Assembly (NCBI GenBank): GCA_964508895.1
Contig: CAZDWF010000005.1
Span: 1-55,005, forward strand
Length of the DNA stretch: 55,005 bases
Direction: 5' to 3'
DNA from: an uncultured Bacteroidales bacterium
GTDB lineage: Bacteria; Bacteroidota; Bacteroidia; Bacteroidales; B18-G4
Shown here: in pieces, positions 17,940 to 27,407 of the stretch
Position numbering within the stretch: the stretch's first letter is position 1
How the letters are laid out: each line of letters begins with the position of its first letter
The notes under the pieces: model-generated
Told to the model about the DNA's origin: nothing
Seen by the model: only the letters and a program-made list of their open reading frames with translations
Databases searched by the model: none
Made by a program: the position numbers and the translations under genes

Positions 17940-18644
17940 ATGAAAGTATTACTTTTCAAATTGATTACTATAATACTACTATGTCAGATGATGGATATTA
18001 ATGCTCAGGGAGTTAAACAGGAACAAAAAACTTATCCAAGAGTCAGAAAAGCTTACCAGGATAAAGGAGAATTAATTAACAATTTGCTTTCTGATAAAGG
18101 TATCCAAACGGAAAATTTAGAGCTGTTTGTCAGGGCTTTTAAAAAGGAAAGAAAATTAGAAATATGGGGAAAGAACATTAAGGATACTTCCTATCAAATA
18201 ATTACTATATATGATTTCTGCGCATCATCAGGTCATATGGGGCCAAAAAGAAAAGAAGGTGACAAGCAAATTCCTGAGGGGATATATTTCATCGACCGAT
18301 TTAATCCATCCAGTAACTTTTATTTATCACTTGGCATAAACTATCCGAATGCATCCGACAGGAGACTTAGTCCGCATCAGAACCTTGGAGGTGATATTTT
18401 CATACATGGTAATTGTGTAACCAGGGGTTGTATACCCATTACAGATGACAAGATCAAGGAATTATACATACTTGCTGTCGAAGCCAGTAATAACGGTCAA
18501 AGCAGAATAGCTGTTCATATTTTTCCCTCAAGTGACTTTGAGTCACTTTATGAACATTATAAAGATAAAACCGGCTTAACAGAATTCTGGAAGGAACTGG
18601 AAACTATTTACCAGCGTTTTGAAGAGGATAAAACGCTTAACTAA
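17940..18644 (+). CDS. YkuD-family L,D-transpeptidase (YafK/DpaA-like)
   Basis: RAFKKERKLEIW, GPKRKEGDKQIPEGIY, LSLGINYPN, DIFIHGNCVTRGC catalytic motif. Confidence 0.88.
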   Translation: MKVLLFKLITIILLCQMMDINAQGVKQEQKTYPRVRKAYQDKGELINNLLSDKGIQTENLELFVRAFKKERKLEIWGKNIKDTSYQIITIYDFCASSGHMGPKRKEGDKQIPEGIYFIDRFNPSSNFYLSLGINYPNASDRRLSPHQNLGGDIFIHGNCVTRGCIPITDDKIKELYILAVEASNNGQSRIAVHIFPSSDFESLYEHYKDKTGLTEFWKELETIYQRFEEDKTLN

Positions 18645-19561
18645 TTTGAATTTCCTGATTTAAAAAACTCAACTAATTCTTTTTCCGACAGATTCCTGTA
18701 GCCAAATTCATATTTTACTTTTCCGTCATCAATAAGATATACTATCGGCATAGAACCATTTGTAAGCCTGATAAAATCAATTATAGGAATAATAACATGA
18801 GGACTCTCTTTTGATTTTGATTCTCTATAAAAGCTCGTTAATCCTTCCTGTGTGCCAGCAAAAACATTTATTACTTTATCAGAAAAGTTAAATTTTTCTG
18901 AGATTAAAGTCAGTTTTCTAGCGAGTTTTTTACAATATTCACATTTAGTGCTGTAAAAGCATAATACTACTTTATCATTAAGAGGATATTCCTCAAAGAA
19001 ATCTTTTAATATCTGTTGGCTTTCTTCCGATGCTTTGCCATAATCAAATACTCTGTTTACTTCTGAGTAATTGCTGTAATAAATAAAATCTGGGGGACTA
19101 ATTATAAATGGAATGGATGCTGATATTATAATGGTAGGTATAAGTGCAAAAATGTTCCATTTCCTTCTAATAGCAGGTTTTTGTTTTTTAATAAGTAATA
19201 ATAAAATAATCAGAACCAGGTTCTTAAATAATGAATCCCATGGACCCAATTCCAGTAGTTCACCGAAACAATTGCAATTTTCACTATTACCTGAAAGACC
19301 AAGTATCAATAAAAAAAATGAAAAAATGCTAAGAGTGAGCATTCCAATCCAAAATACAGTTTTCCTGAATACTCCTATTACAAATAAACTGCCCAGTGCA
19401 AATTCGAATGCTATGATTATCCTTGAAAATATTGCTGCTATATCGAAACTTAATAATTTAAAGCTGAAGACATATAATTCAAAATGATCAATATCATAAA
19501 GTTTCGCTACTGCAGAAAAAATAAAAACAAATCCTATTACAATTCTTAAAACAGTATTCAT
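18641..19561 (-). CDS. MauE/DoxX-family membrane protein fused to a thioredoxin-like domain
   Basis: RIVIGFVFIFSAVAK, CNCFG and KNL motifs; C-terminal STKCEYC and GSMP. Confidence 0.8.
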   Translation of the reverse strand: MNTVLRIVIGFVFIFSAVAKLYDIDHFELYVFSFKLLSFDIAAIFSRIIIAFEFALGSLFVIGVFRKTVFWIGMLTLSIFSFFLLILGLSGNSENCNCFGELLELGPWDSLFKNLVLIILLLLIKKQKPAIRRKWNIFALIPTIIISASIPFIISPPDFIYYSNYSEVNRVFDYGKASEESQQILKDFFEEYPLNDKVVLCFYSTKCEYCKKLARKLTLISEKFNFSDKVINVFAGTQEGLTSFYRESKSKESPHVIIPIIDFIRLTNGSMPIVYLIDDGKVKYEFGYRNLSEKELVEFFKSGNSN

Positions 19562-19566
19562 AGGTT

Positions 19567-19603
19567 AAAAAAAACGATGGCCACTTTATAAAGTAGCCAT
19601 CGT
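19567..19603 (-). terminator. Intrinsic terminator between the small lipoprotein and MauE-like genes
   Basis: ACGATGGC...GCCATCGT stem followed by a T-tract on the minus strand. Confidence 0.75.
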
Positions 19604-19623
19604 AATGTAAACTAAATTAACAT

Positions 19624-19857
19624 TTAATCTTTTTCGCACTCTACTTTCAAAAGCTGTTGACCCTGGAATTCAACAGTTTGATCCAGCTCCCAACATTTTT
19701 CCTTTGTGGTAACGATTACAGTTACATCTGCTTGTCCAGTATAACTATAAGTGCATTTACAATCTCTGTCTTTTTTACATGATGATGTTATTAATGAGAA
19801 ACTAAAAACCCCAATAACTATCATGCCTAATTTACCGATAAGTCTAAGTGTTTTCAT
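19624..19857 (-). CDS. Small Cys-rich lipoprotein
   Basis: Lipobox ITSSC, then KKDRDCKC...C...C; 77 aa. Confidence 0.8.
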   Translation of the reverse strand: MKTLRLIGKLGMIVIGVFSFSLITSSCKKDRDCKCTYSYTGQADVTVIVTTKEKCWELDQTVEFQGQQLLKVECEKD

Positions 19858-19916
19858 ATGTTTTAAAGTTAATTAATAATATGCAAGATACAAAATAAAT
19901 ATATTGAATAGCAATA

Positions 19917-20753
19917 TTAATCCTTTATAAATTTATTATGGTATTCAATAAACTTATTTTTCTGCTCAGTATTAAAGTATGTTTCACCCGAATTTTTTGT
20001 ACCCCTCCTGATAAATTGATCGTATACCATTTTTTTCTCCGGTGGTTGTTCACCAAATTTTTCCTCATGCTTTTTCATGAAGTCAAAACTGCATCTTTCT
20101 TTAATACGAGGAATATCTTTATCATTCACAGGTATTTTTAAAAACTCTGCTATTTGTTTTAATGTACTTTCAAAATCATCAATTATTGCTTCGTATGATA
20201 TATACATTATAGGCAATCCTTTTTTGTTGTCCCGCCATTGCCTGGTGAAGGTGAAATAATTATATCCTTTGGTATCAAAAAAATCATCCAGGAATTTTTC
20301 AAATGTAATATCGGGATTCATATAATTTTTGATTTGATAAAATTGCGAAACCGCTACATCCATTCCATTTCTGTGGACATAAATAAATCTCCCTTTTATA
20401 GCTCTGTCAAAATCCGAATAACTATCATGTGATTTTATTAGCCTTGGAGAATCTAACGTTCTGGGGTTTATATGTTTAAAGGCATCATTCTTTATCCATG
20501 GCGAAACATCATAAATATGATTAAAGTCAACATTACCATCAGTGGTTAGTTGATATAGTAACATTTGCATAAGGGTTGTTCCTGACTTTGGATATGTGAT
20601 AATATAAATATCATCGTCCTTTTCGCCAAAAACCAGTTTATACCGGATAAAGTTCAATTCCCGACTAGCTTTGTCTATATTACGTTTTATACTTTCCAAA
20701 AAACGATACAGTCCACTTGTAATTTTGTAAATTATCTTGTCTTCTCTGTTCAC
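19917..20753 (-). CDS. PAPS-dependent sulfotransferase (Sulfotransfer_1 family)
   Basis: 5'-PSB TYPKSGTT, RLIKSH, 3'-PB RNGMDVAVS, SFDFMK, FIRRG. Confidence 0.9.
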   Translation of the reverse strand: MNREDKIIYKITSGLYRFLESIKRNIDKASRELNFIRYKLVFGEKDDDIYIITYPKSGTTLMQMLLYQLTTDGNVDFNHIYDVSPWIKNDAFKHINPRTLDSPRLIKSHDSYSDFDRAIKGRFIYVHRNGMDVAVSQFYQIKNYMNPDITFEKFLDDFFDTKGYNYFTFTRQWRDNKKGLPIMYISYEAIIDDFESTLKQIAEFLKIPVNDKDIPRIKERCSFDFMKKHEEKFGEQPPEKKMVYDQFIRRGTKNSGETYFNTEQKNKFIEYHNKFIKD

Positions 20754-20969
20754 CAGTTTGAAATTATGCTAAAAATTAATAATAAAATTTATTTATAACC
20801 TAAGATAGACAAATTTAAATATTTAACAGAGTAAATCAAAAAGTTTTTAGTGCTTCTATTATCATTGCAATGATTCAGTATAGATTCTATTAATGGTTAT
20901 AATTATTTTGAACTTGCAATAGCAGTTTGATTTTTTGTATATTTATTCAAATCTACGTGAAGCGTAAAC

Positions 20970-21695
20970 ATGGTTTTCTTTATAAAAATCAGGGGGTTTA
21001 TAAATATTATTATTGCATTAAGCATAAGTTTATTTTATTGTAACATGAAAAGCAACGCCCAGGATAAATGGTATCATCTGGTTAATATCGGACAACATTT
21101 CAGCCAGAATCATATTGTAGAGAAAGAAGTTGAAATGCAAGATGTTGAAAACTATCTTCAGTACAATGCAGATAATATTTTCAATGTGCATTTTAAAACA
21201 AAACTTAGCAGGATAATGAATGAATGGATAAAAGATGATACTATTACACCAGCTCGTGATTTTCAAAACGACCCCTATTTTAAATTAATTACTGATCGCA
21301 AGCTGGAGTATACTATTGCAGGATTTACAGATGATAAAGTAAATATATATTTCTACTTTACATTTGGCTCTTCGCGCTGGCATCACTATAATGCACTATT
21401 GGAAAACCTTATCCTGCCAAGAAATGAAATGGTCGACAGCATACTGAACATGAAATATTATGATGATTTGTATAAAACAGAGTATAAAGGAATAAAGCAT
21501 GGTTCATCGATTATGATTGTGGAGCAAATCCTGGGTGATGATTATTATGAATACTTAGGGCAAAGTATGCAGTTGAGAAATATTTACTTTAAAAACTACA
21601 ATACTGAATTTTGTATTCAGGATGGGATTGTTAAATATATTTCATCAGGAATACCTTCCTGGATGGATTCTGATCTTGTTAGAAAAAATAAATGA
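20970..21695 (+). CDS. Hypothetical secreted protein
   Basis: 241-aa ORF with an N-terminal hydrophobic segment. Confidence 0.65.
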   Translation: MVFFIKIRGFINIIIALSISLFYCNMKSNAQDKWYHLVNIGQHFSQNHIVEKEVEMQDVENYLQYNADNIFNVHFKTKLSRIMNEWIKDDTITPARDFQNDPYFKLITDRKLEYTIAGFTDDKVNIYFYFTFGSSRWHHYNALLENLILPRNEMVDSILNMKYYDDLYKTEYKGIKHGSSIMIVEQILGDDYYEYLGQSMQLRNIYFKNYNTEFCIQDGIVKYISSGIPSWMDSDLVRKNK

Positions 21696-21699
21696 AATA

Positions 21700-22062
21700 A
21701 TGGATACTTACTCAAATAATATTGATTGCTGCATCTGGAATGCTTCAAAAATTGATAAACATGATTTGACTAGATCTCTGATAGCGATTGAAGTGATAGA
21801 TCATGAATCACATTTTACAAGAAAGATTCTCAAGTGCAAAGAATGTGGGCAATTATTCCTTTATCAGTTTAATGAAGAGGTTGACTGGATAAATGGTAAC
21901 GATGAACAGTTTTATAAATGGATTCCTGTTAAGAATATTGAAGAAGCAAGAGAATTATGTGAGAAATCAATCTTGCAACTATTAAGTCTGCCAAGTATCC
22001 GAATTGATTTTTCAAAGAATATGAAAGGGCCTAAGGGTCCGTATAAATACGATTTGAAATGA
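21700..22062 (+). CDS. Hypothetical protein with a CxxC motif
   Basis: ATG at 21700 avoids overlap with the upstream gene; CC, HESH and CKECG motifs. Confidence 0.6.
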   Translation: MDTYSNNIDCCIWNASKIDKHDLTRSLIAIEVIDHESHFTRKILKCKECGQLFLYQFNEEVDWINGNDEQFYKWIPVKNIEEARELCEKSILQLLSLPSIRIDFSKNMKGPKGPYKYDLK

Positions 22063-22083
22063 ATTGACCATAAAGTTTAAAAG

Positions 22084-22698
22084 ATGAAACGATACAGCTT
22101 TACAATTGTACTGTTCTTTATGTTGAGTTTTTCTTATAGCCAGATGACTAATGACTTTCTACTTCTATCTTACGATACTAATTATTACGACAAATACTGC
22201 TATCTTAATAAAAATAAAGATACTATTATTCACCCGGGGAAATATTTAATGTGTTACACAGATACATTTTATAACACTGCTATTGTGTATTCCCAGCTTG
22301 AAGGGTTAATTATGATAAACAGAAATGAAGAAATCCTGGTACATATTTTTCCTTATGACAATGGCCCTGATTATCCCTCGGAAGGATTATTCAGGATTAT
22401 TCAGGATGATTTGATCGGTTATGCTAATCCGGATGGGGACATAATAATTAAACCGACATTTGAATGTGCTTTTCCATTTCACGAGGGATTAGCATCATTC
22501 TGTACCGGCGGGATACTTGTCAATGATGGTGAGCATTCATGGTGGGAAAATGCAAAGTGGGGAGCTATTGATAAAAAAGGTAACACTGTTATAAAACCTA
22601 TTTACGATAATTATTTTGAATTCCATGATGGGAAAGCTATTGTTGAATTTGATAATGATATTTATGAGATAGATACATCAGGAAATCGATTAAAATAA
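22084..22698 (+). CDS. WG-repeat protein, secreted
   Basis: Signal peptide; EGL, IGYANPDG.III.P.F, FHEGLA and KWGAIDKKG..VI.P.YD repeats. Confidence 0.85.
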   Translation: MKRYSFTIVLFFMLSFSYSQMTNDFLLLSYDTNYYDKYCYLNKNKDTIIHPGKYLMCYTDTFYNTAIVYSQLEGLIMINRNEEILVHIFPYDNGPDYPSEGLFRIIQDDLIGYANPDGDIIIKPTFECAFPFHEGLASFCTGGILVNDGEHSWWENAKWGAIDKKGNTVIKPIYDNYFEFHDGKAIVEFDNDIYEIDTSGNRLK

Positions 22699-22703
22699 AA
22701 GCT

Positions 22704-24008
22704 ATGATCAATTATACCACCTGGATAAGCCTGTTTGCATTATCTCTGGAGTTTTTACCTTCAATAATTGGCAACGGTGATATCTCAGTAAAAACTTACT
22801 TGAAAAATATTGATGAGATCTCTTCTTCAAATATACAAGGACTGTATGTCGAATACTATATTCCTGATAAGGATAAGGCATTAATAACGTATATACTTGT
22901 TCCCTGGTCTGATTTTTCCAGGAATAATAATTACACTGATATTGCAGCTGTCCTGAATGAACCCGCATTGAAATGTGTAAGCCCATTCGCTCTGGTTTAC
23001 GAAAAGATCAATATCGAACAGTCAGATAATAATTCTGATATAATTGACAAAATCATTCAAGAAACTACGCTTCTGTTTGATGTGGACTTTTGCAGACTTA
23101 TTATTAACACAGAAGAAGGAATTACCATTGAGGGAGGTTTTCAGGTAATTAAAGAGAGTGATTACCCCTATTATAGCGAGTTAAGTATTGCCCTTTCAGG
23201 TAGTGCACCGATTGATCCTGATATTCTGAGGAAAACAATCAAAAACAGAATGTTGTTTATTTCATTGGTTCCGGATAAGGGTGAGATAAAGAATTCCTGG
23301 GTATTCACTTCATGTGTTAAAGAATTGAAGGATGTTGAAAGTTTTCAAGAAGAATTATACGATAAGCTTAAGGAGGAAGTGCAAAGCTCACTTGAATTTA
23401 CTGATACTGAATTAAGAATTAAAAAATACGAGGAGAATATTAAAAGTCTCGAAGAATTTTTCATTAATAAGCAGCTTGAAAACAAGTATATCCAGGAATT
23501 CTATTTTAATCTTCTAAGGAGACTGCTGCTGCTGGATCCATTGCCGTTAATAGAAATAAATACACATCCCGTTTTTGGGAATTATCAGCCTAAAACTACT
23601 CCTGACCTGGTAACAGATTATATGCCAGAGATACTCGGAGACCTGGCTATAATTCCTGAAGCAAGACTTGAAAAAATTGCAGACCTGGTTATTCTATTCA
23701 ATAAATACACAATAAAAGCAAAAGAAAATCCTGGTGAAACAGTGGAAGGCAATATCGTTTTGGGTGGAATGCCGGAAGAATATCATCCTTCTTTGGAAGA
23801 GCTGATGCTGGGAGAGATAGGCGAAAGGATCGATGAGGTCAGAAAAATGAATTCAGAAAAAGAAATTAAGAAGTATTTAAGATCGAAAGGATATAAGAAA
23901 GTAGAAATTGAATATGTGAAGTTCACATTTATTCATTATGATGTTATGGGATCAGGGAGGTTTTTTTATGTTGAAACAATGGATACCATAAAATTCAGAT
24001 TGCCTTAA
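22704..24008 (+). CDS. Hypothetical protein
   Basis: 434-aa ORF tightly packed in the operon; no family recognised. Confidence 0.7.
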   Translation: MINYTTWISLFALSLEFLPSIIGNGDISVKTYLKNIDEISSSNIQGLYVEYYIPDKDKALITYILVPWSDFSRNNNYTDIAAVLNEPALKCVSPFALVYEKINIEQSDNNSDIIDKIIQETTLLFDVDFCRLIINTEEGITIEGGFQVIKESDYPYYSELSIALSGSAPIDPDILRKTIKNRMLFISLVPDKGEIKNSWVFTSCVKELKDVESFQEELYDKLKEEVQSSLEFTDTELRIKKYEENIKSLEEFFINKQLENKYIQEFYFNLLRRLLLLDPLPLIEINTHPVFGNYQPKTTPDLVTDYMPEILGDLAIIPEARLEKIADLVILFNKYTIKAKENPGETVEGNIVLGGMPEEYHPSLEELMLGEIGERIDEVRKMNSEKEIKKYLRSKGYKKVEIEYVKFTFIHYDVMGSGRFFYVETMDTIKFRLP

Positions 24009-24011
24009 ACT

Positions 24012-24236
24012 ATGTATTACTTTATAAGAAGACTACTTTATATATTAAACATTCTGCTCATCATTATTGCAATAGGAGCAAGTATTTATTGTATTGCTTA
24101 TCTGTTGCTTGAATTGGAAAAGTGGATTTACTGGATCTTAAGATTGCTGATATCTATGGCATCAGTTCTTATCTTCCTTTTCCTGTATGTACTTAGAAAA
24201 TCACATTTTCCTTGTCCGGGAATAGATTACAAATAG
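24012..24236 (+). CDS. Small two-TM hypothetical membrane protein
   Basis: Two hydrophobic helices; fills the gap between neighbouring genes. Confidence 0.55.
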   Translation: MYYFIRRLLYILNILLIIIAIGASIYCIAYLLLELEKWIYWILRLLISMASVLIFLFLYVLRKSHFPCPGIDYK

Positions 24237-24243
24237 AATTATT

Positions 24244-24843
24244 ATGATCACAACAGAAGCAGTTGAAGCAATTATTCGAAAACATATCACGGCTACCGAG
24301 AAGCTGGGGCACCATGGTAGTACCAGCGGGCATATGAGCCATATCGGATATTCACTTGATGAATTTACATTTGAAGAAACAGAAGAGAATACTATTAGTA
24401 TCAAATACTCATATACAACTGTTGTGGAAACGGAGTTTACTTATTATCCTGATAATCCACCCTATGAGTATCATTATAAAAAGGAGATGATCATAGATAA
24501 AGAGCATAATATAATCTCTGACGAACTTTTAGAGTACAGTGATAATTTCGAGATTGAAATGGTAGCTGCGGATGATATACTTTTTGAAGTAACAGTTTAC
24601 CTGCAAAAAGTACTTGAGAAAATTGAATGGAATTATGGAGACAACAGAGCTCCTTTCAAGTTCCCTCCTGAACTTGATATAATTAATAATGCAGATGGTG
24701 CAGACAAATATATTTGTATAATTGAAACAGACTTTGGCGAGGATGATGAAAAGATAGGATACGAATCTGATTCACCGGAAGGTCTGCTCGAAAAGGTTAA
24801 AAAAGATATTCCGAAAAGGTTTAAACTGAACTTTGAAATGTGA
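24244..24843 (+). CDS. Hypothetical acidic protein
   Basis: 199-aa ORF with GSTSGHMSH and ETEFTYYPDNPPYE motifs. Confidence 0.7.
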   Translation: MITTEAVEAIIRKHITATEKLGHHGSTSGHMSHIGYSLDEFTFEETEENTISIKYSYTTVVETEFTYYPDNPPYEYHYKKEMIIDKEHNIISDELLEYSDNFEIEMVAADDILFEVTVYLQKVLEKIEWNYGDNRAPFKFPPELDIINNADGADKYICIIETDFGEDDEKIGYESDSPEGLLEKVKKDIPKRFKLNFEM

Positions 24844-24848
24844 GATTA

Positions 24849-26276
24849 TTACTGAATTATTATCCTTTTCGCAATTCTCTTTCCGCTGACAGTTTTACAT
24901 TCCAGCAAATAATATCCATTCAGATCTTCAGTATTTATTTTCACGCTGTTTTGCTTATTTTTACTATATCCTTTTTGAATAACACGCCTTCCATCAAGAG
25001 AGAACATTCTGATATATTCAAAAGAATCATCAGAATTTAAAGTTATATTTAAAAAATCTTTAGCAGGATTAGGGTATATTAAAATACTATTATCCATTAA
25101 TCGCCCTTGAGTAATTCCCACACCAATATTCTCAAGATTAATATCAATAACCGCACCATCAACAATTGTAAGATTATACGGAATAGATGTAGGAGGCATA
25201 GTATACCATCCATTAGAACCCCCACCCCATCCGAAATTAAAGTGATAAAATTCATCAGTATTATAGCCATCAACAACAAGATTATGACCACCGCTTGTTG
25301 TGCTTAATAAAGCCAGATGCGATGGCATAGCAATTTTAATATTATCTGCTATTCGTTTGTATAAGGATGTATCTGAATCAAAAACCATTTTAGCACTATC
25401 GAAGGAAAATCTTTTAAAAGCATCAAATGATTGAGCCAGGCCAAAAGTGCCTGATATTGAAGCAGTATATACCTGATGGGCTGCAACTCCACATGCAAAT
25501 ACCAGGGCAGCTTTCTGATTTTCCGTTAGTGGTTTTTGTCCTATATAATTATTTTCAAGGCTGTCAAGGTATTCATTTAATTCAGGAAAAGATGGAAAAT
25601 CACGAGGTATATAATCATCATCAATCCAGTATTGATTGTTCGATCCATAGCTGTGATAATAATCATCTGAATCATCCAATCTTGTATTGTTAATCCGTTC
25701 GTGATAATTCATTATCATTGCCAGGGCAACAGAAGGGCAACCTGCTACACTTCTGCTTCCGTTTTGTAAATCCATAGGGCACATTAAATTATAAGGATGA
25801 GATTGTTTCCAATTCGTTTCAAGCCATCCTCCGGTAGTAGTACTACCGGCCGGCGGCCATTGCTGGAATGATCTTTCAGCAAAAACATAATCCTGTAACA
25901 TCAATTGCCATTCATCCTGAAATAATTTTTCATTACAATAATCCATTCTATTTTGAATATCTTTTAACAGGATGGGCAAAATCCTTTCCCAGGATTCATC
26001 TCCCGGCCTAAAGTTTTGCTGATAAGAATATGAATAAACCGGCCTGAGATTTTTCGAATTCGATACAAAAAGATAACCCTTGGGATATAGGTTTGCGACC
26101 CAGAACAATGTTGTATTATCCTGTTTATAAGGATAAATTTTACTAATGCTTACTTTCTTACCATATTTTATCAGAAAATTATTTGAGATCTTTTTTGCTT
26201 CATCATAACTAATGCCTTGAGAATATGCATTAATAATAATTGAAAACGCAATTAATAATGTAAAAAGCCTTTTCAT
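24849..26276 (-). CDS. C10 (streptopain-like) cysteine peptidase with Spi propeptide and T9SS type-A C-terminal domain
   Basis: WKQSHPYN, AGCPSVALAMIMNY (Cys), GHNLVVDGY...HFNFGWGG (His), IYPNPA domain. Confidence 0.92.
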   Translation of the reverse strand: MKRLFTLLIAFSIIINAYSQGISYDEAKKISNNFLIKYGKKVSISKIYPYKQDNTTLFWVANLYPKGYLFVSNSKNLRPVYSYSYQQNFRPGDESWERILPILLKDIQNRMDYCNEKLFQDEWQLMLQDYVFAERSFQQWPPAGSTTTGGWLETNWKQSHPYNLMCPMDLQNGSRSVAGCPSVALAMIMNYHERINNTRLDDSDDYYHSYGSNNQYWIDDDYIPRDFPSFPELNEYLDSLENNYIGQKPLTENQKAALVFACGVAAHQVYTASISGTFGLAQSFDAFKRFSFDSAKMVFDSDTSLYKRIADNIKIAMPSHLALLSTTSGGHNLVVDGYNTDEFYHFNFGWGGGSNGWYTMPPTSIPYNLTIVDGAVIDINLENIGVGITQGRLMDNSILIYPNPAKDFLNITLNSDDSFEYIRMFSLDGRRVIQKGYSKNKQNSVKINTEDLNGYYLLECKTVSGKRIAKRIIIQ

Positions 26277-26333
26277 CGTTTATAGGGTTTTATGGGATTT
26301 CATTGTTAACAAATATATTGGAAAAATTTGCAT

Positions 26334-26365
26334 AAAAAGAAACCCGGTCAACATTTGACCGGGTT
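26334..26365 (-). terminator. Intrinsic terminator with no annotated gene upstream on its strand
   Basis: AACCCGGTCAA-CAT-TTGACCGGGTT, 11-bp perfect stem followed by TCTTTTT on the minus strand. Confidence 0.8.
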
Positions 26366-26628
26366 CACTTTACTCTTTGAAAAAGGTTCTCCTTTTTTTG
26401 CCCCAAATTATAACAGGTTTTTACGATTTTTGTGAGATTACTTGTAATTTCCTGTTTGTGAAGGAATCCTCTTTTTTCTCAAGTTTTACGTCTAATATAA
26501 TTTATCGTTGCTAAATTACAATAAAATGAAAGTTATATCAATTCGCAAAACCATGATTTCACTACGTAAAAAGTGCAATTCGATATGAGAAAAAAATAGT
26601 ATTTTTGGCTTAATTAATTGGAAACTAC

Positions 26629-27375
26629 ATGAAAACAAAAATTCTGTCATTATTTATTATACCTGCAATCATCTTCTCTTGTTCTGAATCCGAAAAAAAG
26701 GTTGAGCTCAAAAAAGGAGAAAGTATAGAAATAAGTAAATCAGGAGATAGTTTACTTGTTAAAAAGAATAATAAGGGAACCCTTATTTCCAAAAAAACCG
26801 TAAAAAAAGGAAAGCTTAACGGGTTGTCTACAACCTATTATCCAGATGGTAAAATAAAATTTGAAGATTACTATCGCGACGATATTAAGCAAGGAATTTC
26901 AAAATGGTTTTATGAGAGTGGCGCTCTGTACCAGGAAACTTCATATGTAAAAGGGAAAATTCATGGACTACAAAAGATATATTATACATCCGGGGCACTT
27001 ATGGCAGAAGTTCCATACCAATATGGAGAGGCCGTGACTGGTACAAAAGAATATTCCAAAGATGGTCTGCTTGTTTCAGATTACCCATATGTACGATATC
27101 ATCTGGATGATACAAGAGTGGCATCAGGAGGAGATTATATGCTTAAAGTATTGTTCTCAGACACAAAGCTTGATGGGTTCTTTTACTACTATGCTAAAAC
27201 TCAAAATGGGGATTCAACAAAAGTTGGAATTCCTGTCAGATCAAATAGAATAGCCTATATAATCTATAATCCAAAAGATGGAGATAAGTTGCCTGAGAGA
27301 ATAATATTATACGGTGAATTCAAATCAAAGCTTGGTAATCCTGTAGTATTAACAACATTATATGTTGCTGAGTGA
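26629..27375 (+). CDS. MORN-variant repeat (YwqK-like) lipoprotein
   Basis: Lipobox IFSC; repeats of G..G....YY.xG....E..Y. Confidence 0.85.
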   Translation: MKTKILSLFIIPAIIFSCSESEKKVELKKGESIEISKSGDSLLVKKNNKGTLISKKTVKKGKLNGLSTTYYPDGKIKFEDYYRDDIKQGISKWFYESGALYQETSYVKGKIHGLQKIYYTSGALMAEVPYQYGEAVTGTKEYSKDGLLVSDYPYVRYHLDDTRVASGGDYMLKVLFSDTKLDGFFYYYAKTQNGDSTKVGIPVRSNRIAYIIYNPKDGDKLPERIILYGEFKSKLGNPVVLTTLYVAE

Positions 27376-27407
27376 TGCCGGATACCAAATAATTCTTAAT
27401 TCTTAAT

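Noticed and set aside
26629-27375. Toxin-antitoxin antitoxin (YwqK label)
   Set aside because: MORN-variant repeat lipoprotein with no adjacent toxin; the label reflects only the repeat
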